A stretch of DNA of 64,000 bases from Macrostomum hystrix (Eukaryota; Animalia; Platyhelminthes), in the NCBI GenBank assembly GCA_950097015.1, contig CATNEN010000007.1, positions 9,362,001 to 9,426,000 of the forward strand, given 5' to 3'. Of this stretch, positions 58,601 to 64,000 are shown in pieces (within the stretch, counting starts at the first letter, position 1; every line of letters begins with the position of its first letter). The notes under the pieces are model-generated. The model did no database searches. It had not been told where the DNA came from and saw nothing but the letters and a program-made list of their open reading frames with translations. The position numbers and the translations under genes are program-made.

Positions 58601-61600
58601 CTGTTTTACTCTTAAAATCGTGAGGCAACTTTTTTCTGCTCATTCGATGTTCATTGAATTCCGTCTTCTCTAGTGCTGCTCATTCCGGGGCGTGACATCG
58701 CAGCAACTGTATGAAGCCTCCCTGGATAAGAAGCCGAATGCTGATGTGATTTTGGGGGCCGTGAACACGCTCATAAAAGTGTATACTGAGCACGCTGTTG
58801 ACAACCTCTATACTGACGGTGAGCAAAAATTTTCCAGACTTGACCAGGCCAGGCGAAGATCATACGCCGTAAAAGCATGACTTAAAACGTTGAACCAATT
58901 TTTGCTTATTTTTAGACAATCTCCGCGACAACCCGATGAAAGGCGCCTCGCCGCTCGCCCGCCCGCTGGTGCGAGACACGATCTTCCCGCCCTACGCCAA
59001 GAGCGGCAAGCGACGCTTCAGCTCCCAGGACCTGTTCCTGTGGTCCGTGCTCACGCACAACATTGAGCTGGCCATACTATTTTGGAAGCACGGGAAGGAC
59101 CAGATCGGCTCTGCTCTGATTGGCTACTCAATTCTCAACAACATGGCGCAGGATGCTGGGAAGCGCGGTGAGATGGAAGTCATGGAGCAGCTCACTCGGG
59201 ATGCTCATCGTTTTGAGCTGCTGGCTGTGGGTGTGCTGGAGGAGTGCAATAACGACCGCGCCATCTGTCGCCTGCTCCTGATTCGCAGCCTGCCCTACTG
59301 GAACCAGCAGACTGTGATGGCCATCGCTGATGCCAACCAGTGCATGGACATGCTGTACCAGACTCCCGTGCAGACTGTGCTCACACAGACCTGGATGGGA
59401 GGCGAGTTTTTCTGAATTGTCCATTTGACCAATTTTGTCCATAGGTAAACTAGCCACCTAGATAGATTCTTGTGTAAGCGGAGAATCCCCATTCGAGTCC
59501 CAGTTTCTTACGCGCTGGACTTCAACTCGAGTTTTCTCTCAGGAACTGGGGTGAGAACTTAACGCAACAAACATCTCCTGCAGATCAGAAGACCGTTTTT
59601 TGGACAACTTGGTTTGGCTAGTTGAAGACATGCCAGTCTCTTGTCTCATCTCTCATGTGTCTCATCTCTCATGTGTCTCATCTCTCATGTGTGTCATCAC
59701 TCATTTGTCTCATCTCTCATGTGTCTGATCTCTCATGTGTCTCAACTCTCATGTGTCTCATCTCTCATGTGTCTCAACTCTCATGTGTCTCATCTCTCAT
59801 GTGTCTCAACTCTCATGTGTCTCAACTCTCATGTGTCTCATCTCTCATGTGTCTCATCTCTCATGAGTCTCATCTCTCATGTGTCTCATCTCTCATGTGT
59901 CTCATCTCTCTCATCTCACATTTCTACTGTCAATGCGGCCCGCTGTCTTCGTTTAGATTGTCTCTCTGGCCCACCAGATAATAAGTTTGCCGACCCCTAT
60001 TCTACTCGTAGTTCAAAATTCGTGGCGTTTCAAGCACAAAATTTCTGTGCTATCCACGATTTTCTATGTTGCTACATATCTGCAGGCATGGAAGCCGACA
60101 CCAGCAACTGGCGGATCGTCCTGTGCATCTTCCTGCCCTTCCTGGTGCCTGCGCTGATCTTTAACAGGTATGGCTCCGATCAGCTGGAGGTCGATGACGA
60201 GGCCAATAATGCGGCCAGCGGCGAACAGTTTCGGCACATGAACTCCGTGATGAAGGACGTCGAAGTTGTGGACATTCAGGGGCCGCACGCCCGAGAAGCC
60301 ATGGAGGACCTGCAGGTAACTGTTGCCAATGTAAATCATTGTCACATTGAAATTCAAATACCCAACAAAACTGTCGCTAAAGTTATTATGGATCGCAAGT
60401 CCTTGCCCCCTTATCATTAGATGTCCAAACGCTTTTTTGATGGGACACAGAGAAGGCGAGAATTGCTGCCTCTCGGCTTGCGACGCAAATAACTTTTTTT
60501 GCGTCCGATGTTGCCAAGCAACATAGCTGCCGTACCCACTCTGCAGATGCGCTGCCGAGGCCTGGTCTGTCTGGCACATTGAATGTCGCCCTGGCCCAGT
60601 TTCTCTAGCCCGCCTATTCACAATCGCACGGCTATTTTTAGGTTTAGTTTGAAGCGCTACTTAGTTGCATATCACGGTCTCAGGATCAACTTTGCTTGCT
60701 CACTCTTTTTGCTCTTTAACTGTCCACAATTACCGACAACCATCTTGCGAAAACCTTTTTAGTGGGCCGATCAGGCTTGACCCGCTTCCAAGCGTGAGCT
60801 TTATGCTGGAACCATTTTTTGCTTTCTAATTCACACGTAATCCGAAAGAGTTGTGCAATTTTGCATTTAATGCTTGTTGTGGAAAATAATATGGAAAAAT
60901 TTCATTGTCATGTACAAGCAGTTCTGAAAAATGTGTTAAACCAGATCGAGGAGGCCATCTCAGACTTCAACAAGCAGAGCAAGCGGGAGATGCGCCTCAA
61001 GAAGCTGAAGCACCAGCGCCGCGGCTTCCTCACCATGCACTTCTGCACCTCCCTGCTGCTGTTCTACAGCGCGCCCATCTGCAAGTTCATCCTCAACGTC
61101 CTCAGCACCGCCATCTTCCTGCTGTTCTTTTCCTACATCGTTCTGGTGCAGCTGCACCCGACTCAGCGAGAGTGCCCGATCAATTCCACCTACTCGACCA
61201 GTCCGCCTGCCGAGGTGGAGCCGTACATCAGCTTCCCGCAGCCGCACGGCATTGAGATCTACATGTTCATTTGGGCATTCACCTTTGTTGTTGAGGAGTT
61301 CCGCCAGTTCTTCTCCAAGCAACAGCCTCTGGTGAAGAAGCTGGGAGAGCTGTCTTACTGGGACAAGTTTGACATGGTCATCTCCATCATGTTCATCCTG
61401 TGCCTAGTCCTGCGCCTAACGGTGTCCTGCCAGTACTTCGACTGGGTGAGGGACGCCTACGCCCTGACCTTGGCGTCCTGCTTTATTCGCTTCATGCAAT
61501 TCTACTACCCCAGCCAGTCTCTGGGACCGAAGGTCGTCATGATCATCAACATGGTTAGTGAATTTTTATCAACAAAATGGCGCACTGACGATGAATTTGT

Positions 61601-63440
61601 AAAGCTATGAACGTGAATTGCAATGATGCCATGCAAATCGTCGATGACGTCGCGGTAAAGCGCTCAGTTTTCGCGACCTGGAATTCTTTCAGTTAAACGA
61701 CGTTATTTTCTTCGTGTGCATCCTCGCCGTGTTCCTGCTGGCCTACGGTGTGGCCTACTACTCGCTCGTCACGGATCTCACCTACAACTACGTGAACAAG
61801 AAGCTGGACTTTAACCAGCTGGCTCGGGGAGTTCTCTACCGGCCCTACTGGCAGATCTACGGCGACCTCGGACTGGATGTTGTGGACCAGGGTGAGCCTG
61901 CTGTCAGTGAGCCTGCTGTCAGTGAGCCTGCTGTCAGTGAGCCTGCGCCTGCTGTCAGTGAGCCTGCTGTCAGTGAGCCTGCGCCTGCTGTCAGTGAGCC
62001 TGCTGTCAGTGAGCCCGCTGTCAGTGAGCCTGCTGTCAGTGAGCCTGCTGTCAGGGGATTAATGAACCCAATTCCTTTGGTCTGTTTTATCATGTACAAC
62101 AGGGCTCGGCAAACTTAATAGCGTGCGGGCCACGGAGAGAACCTAAATGGCGACAGCTGGCCGCATTAACTGTAGGAGTATGAGAACGGGTGAGATGAGA
62201 CACGGGATGGATAAGATAGATAAGAGATAAGACAGGGGAGAAAGGAGATAGAGAAGAGATGAGACGGGAGAGAGACGGGAGACACGGGAGCGATGAAACT
62301 CTCCACGTCCAGATGAGAGAGAGAGGAGACAGGATACTGTTGGAAGGGGCAACGGGCCGGATTTGGGAACATCGAGGGCCGCATCTGGCCATCTTGCCGA
62401 CCCTTTATGTAGAATACATACAGCACAAAGCCATATGCTGCAGGAACCAGCGTTGGCGGTGCCAGGAACTGGCTTGTGATTGTCCTGCTTGCCGTGTACA
62501 TGCTGGCCACTAATGTGCTGCTCATCAACTTGCTCATCGCCATGTTTGGGTGAGCATGGGATTAGCCTCTGCTGTCGCTCTGGAATGCCAATACAAAAGC
62601 GCATACCTTTGTATTTTTTGTCGCTGTCATGGTAACAATTTACTCTGACAGGCACACATTCGAGAAGGTGCAGTCCGAGTCCAACAAGTACTACGCCTTC
62701 ATCCGGTTCGAGCTCATCTACGAGTACTACACCCGGCCAGTGCTGCCGCCGCCGCTGGTGTTCATTCCGCACATCTGGCGCCTCATCTGTTGCATGCGGC
62801 ACAAGTGCTGCAACCGCGGCTGCCGGACCGACGGTTCAAAAAAGAGGAAATTCGACGAATTTTGTAAGTTCCCTTTGAAGACTTCAAACTACACTTACAG
62901 TGCCACCGTACTTCTCTGAGTATAAATATTAATTTGTACTAAAGTGCAATGCCATTATTTCTCTATCGTCTCGCACAGCAATGGAACTAACCTTACGGGA
63001 GCACCAGAGGCTTTCGGCCATCGAGCAGCGGGCCACGGACCGCTATCTGAGCCGTTGCCATGACGACGAGGGCGGCTCTGCTACTGCTTCCGGCACCGCT
63101 GGCGATGATCTGGCTGGCTATTTCGACGAGGCCAACGATGGCGGCGACGCGGAGCAGAACGAAGTCAAGGAGAAGTTGCAAGAGCTTGAGTAAGGGCTCT
63201 AGGACATTGTCTGATGACTCACATAAACATTCGCCCTCCATCCTCTTCCATCTCTTCCATTCTCTTCCATCCCAGTCAATGCCATATATTCTTGCCCCTT
63301 GCAGTTGTACATCCTGTGCCCTTGCCTTCTTTCGACCAATTTTCAGGGAAAGATTCGGCAGAATGGAAGAGAAGATGCAGTCGGTGGTGGAGAGCAACGG
63401 CAAACTGCTGCAGCTACTGGAACACCTGAGCTTCAGGTGA
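48698..63440 (+). CDS. TRPM-family cation channel, copy 2 (~1454 aa, 20 exons)
   Basis: Exons 48698-48795, 49286-49688, 50815-50912, 52467-52665, 53208-53403, 54227-54393, 57011-57290, 57481-57683, 57877-58029, 58214-58429, 58513-58572, 58674-58818, 58916-59401, 60086-60315, 60945-61553, 61693-61891, 62444-62549, 62652-62863, 62979-63189, 63347-63440 (4365 nt, in frame). Same motifs as copy 1. Confidence 0.95.
49581..49619 (+). repeat. Coding (CAG)13 polyglutamine tract
   Basis: Pure CAG run in TRPM copy 2 exon 2. Confidence 0.95.
50380..50740. repeat. 11-nt minisatellite
   Basis: Unit (T/C)TCACTCTCAG, about 30 copies. Confidence 0.95.
51913..52278 (-). mobile_element. Full-length tRNA-derived SINE (family A) with TSD
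   Basis: A box TGGCAGAGCGG, B box GTTCGATTCC, (ATT)n tail. 14-bp TSD TAACTCCCTGATGA at 51899-51912 and 52279-52292. Confidence 0.93.
52860..53030 (+). mobile_element. CORE-type SINE fragment (family B)
   Basis: B box GGTTCGATTCCC, CORE-like GCAAGAAACTTAACTCTGCATTGCTTTAGTTT, tail fragment GGACTGAACAGCGGTACGCAG. Confidence 0.7.
53470..54199. repeat. 18-nt minisatellite with 23-nt variants
   Basis: Unit GTGAGTCACGAGTGTCTA. Confidence 0.95.
56085..56302. repeat. 16-nt tandem repeat with GGGTTA-containing tail, probably part of a non-autonomous element
   Basis: GGGCAATGTACGCAAA x ~7. A related block lies at 55775-55822. Confidence 0.8.
59640..59998 (-). mobile_element. Partial hAT-type MITE with 16-nt minisatellite (paralogous to 41232-41610)
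   Basis: Same TIR and array as in copy 1. Confidence 0.7.
61892..62054 (+). repeat. 15-nt tandem array of 5' splice-donor units (TRPM copy 2)
   Basis: GTGAGCCTGCTGTCA x10, two units 21 nt. Confidence 0.95.
62100..62406 (+). mobile_element. hAT MITE (paralogous to 43665-43971)
   Basis: Same TIRs. TSD ATGTACAA / ATGTAGAA. Confidence 0.75.
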
Positions 63441-64000
63441 AACACCTGACCCTGCCTGCGTATAGATAAAGCCTTTCTGTTTATCACAGTGTTTGGCATT
63501 ATCTGACAATCACAAAATGGTCAGGGCGGTGCCTGATCTGACTTTCTAATATATTTAGAAAAAATTTACTAAAAAAGTTTCAAGTGTCCGTCTGCCGATA
63601 AAATGCACTCTCTGTACTAGATTTATTGTTGATACCTGACAAATGCTACGTAATGAGCAGTGCTCAGTGGCTTGTATCTTCAGCAAAAAGATTTTCCCAA
63701 TCAACTTAGAAAGTGTAATTTTCCGCTCACTAAGTTTATGCCTACGAAATCAGCCAAAAACAGACACACAAAGGTTATTGGATATATTTTTACCTGCTTT
63801 GTTTCGCCCTGATAATGTACTTTTACATGTTTACCTTTCCGCCTGAACGTAAGCTGCCCCTCGGTATAGTCATTTTGGAGCTGCCGAGTCTCATAACTCA
63901 GAGCCGCTGGTCAAAGCAGGACTGCCAGCCATTGCATTGATATTCTATTTATTCGAATCAGTTGTTATACATTTTTTGAGATTTTACATATTCTGAGCAC

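Noticed and set aside
48698-64000. Second TRPM copy as a pure assembly or haplotype artefact
   Set aside because: Different N-terminus, an extra intron, unalignable 5' introns and a divergent internal island indicate a true paralog, although the near-identical blocks should still be verified with reads.

Overview
Eukaryotic (metazoan) genomic DNA with spliceosomal introns, GC-rich exons and many intronic minisatellites. The style suggests a free-living flatworm such as Macrostomum lignano, but that is inference and unconfirmed. Genes reconstructed by hand from splice sites and reading phase: (1) acetyl-CoA carboxylase, minus strand, 9 exons from 12353 to 218, continuing off the left edge; (2) a 2-exon NHL/beta-propeller-like orphan; (3) an intronless CYP2-clan P450; (4) a GULO/ALO-family FAD oxidase; (5) two tandem caveolins; (6) two tandem, complete TRPM-family channels of about 1446 and 1454 aa. 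Mobile DNA includes a Crypton-like tyrosine-recombinase relic, a 5'-truncated RTE LINE, two tRNA-derived SINE families, hAT-type MITEs and a long-TIR foldback element. The most unusual signal is that several intronic minisatellites are built from splicing signals on the sense strand. The clearest case is an in-frame VNTR of 5' splice donors (7 versus 10 copies) at the outer pore loop of the two TRPM paralogs. Also notable: mosaic concerted evolution of the TRPM pair around a protected divergent island, GC-AG introns, an intron present in only one paralog, and a cluster of RFX X-boxes around the caveolins.
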